This document shows, in pieces, positions 63,951-64,000 of a stretch of DNA of 64,000 nucleotides. Origin of the DNA: Alphaproteobacteria bacterium (lineage in GTDB: Bacteria > Pseudomonadota > Alphaproteobacteria > UBA8366); contig WHUA01000001.1 in NCBI GenBank assembly GCA_009377445.1, positions 776,759 to 840,758 on the forward strand, in the 5' to 3' direction. The notes under the pieces are model-generated. The model had not been told where the DNA came from, ran no database searches, and saw only the letters and a list, made by a program, of their open reading frames with translations. Each line of letters starts with the position of its first letter. Position 1 is the first letter of the stretch. The position numbers were made by a program, and so were the translations under genes.

Positions 63951-64000
63951 CGAGGGGCGACGAGGGGCGCGCCCTGATCGACCCGGAGGCCCTGGCCGTC
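63947..64000 (+). CDS. Start of next coupled gene (runs off window)
   Basis: ATGA overlap with the regulator stop; open to the window end. Confidence 0.45.
   Translation, partial: MTRGDEGRALIDPEALAV

Larger units (their letters stand above)
46313..64000. mobile_element. Composite genomic island at the 3' end of tRNA-Ser; right end not in window
   Basis: Starts at the tRNA CCA; recombinases, IS fragment, pseudogenes, lower GC by eye, repeated att-like junctions. Confidence 0.9.

Noticed and set aside
46313-64000. CRISPR array or classical integron attC array
   Set aside because: No short regularly spaced repeats, no cas genes, no IntI-type integrase, and the junctions lack attC R''/R' structure

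Overview
This window is from a GC-rich alphaproteobacterial chromosome (Rhodospirillales-like gene order). Positions 1-46312 are mostly core genes: sdhA(3')-sdhB, a small accessory block, zapE-mdh-sucCDAB-lpdA, two MFS paralogues, xerC-DUF484-transaldolase, priA, atpHAGDC, the rppH/ctpA/envC/gpmI/rlmH/rsfS/nadD/proAB/obgE/rpmA/rplU cluster (interrupted by a PAS-only gene), and tRNA-Ser(CGA) at 46223-46312. Everything after the tRNA looks horizontally acquired and is visibly more AT-rich. Four junctions (CCGCCA ending at 46312, 49238, 52338 and 62951) share one register of motifs and divide the island into tandem units. Unit 1 (2.9 kb) holds a large serine recombinase and a DUF2924-like gene. 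Unit 2 (3.1 kb) has no recombinase and carries a degenerate MBL-fold gene and two pentapeptide-repeat genes. Unit 3 (10.6 kb) is a mosaic: a HEPN RNase candidate, a coupled serine recombinase-ParB-ParB operon with an in-frame amber codon and a divergent double-HTH gene, small proteins, GST, an IS3 fragment and decayed nuclease genes. Unit 4 begins a MarR-type/EPS-associated locus and runs off the window. Family names were assigned by eye from motifs and need HMM or BLAST confirmation.
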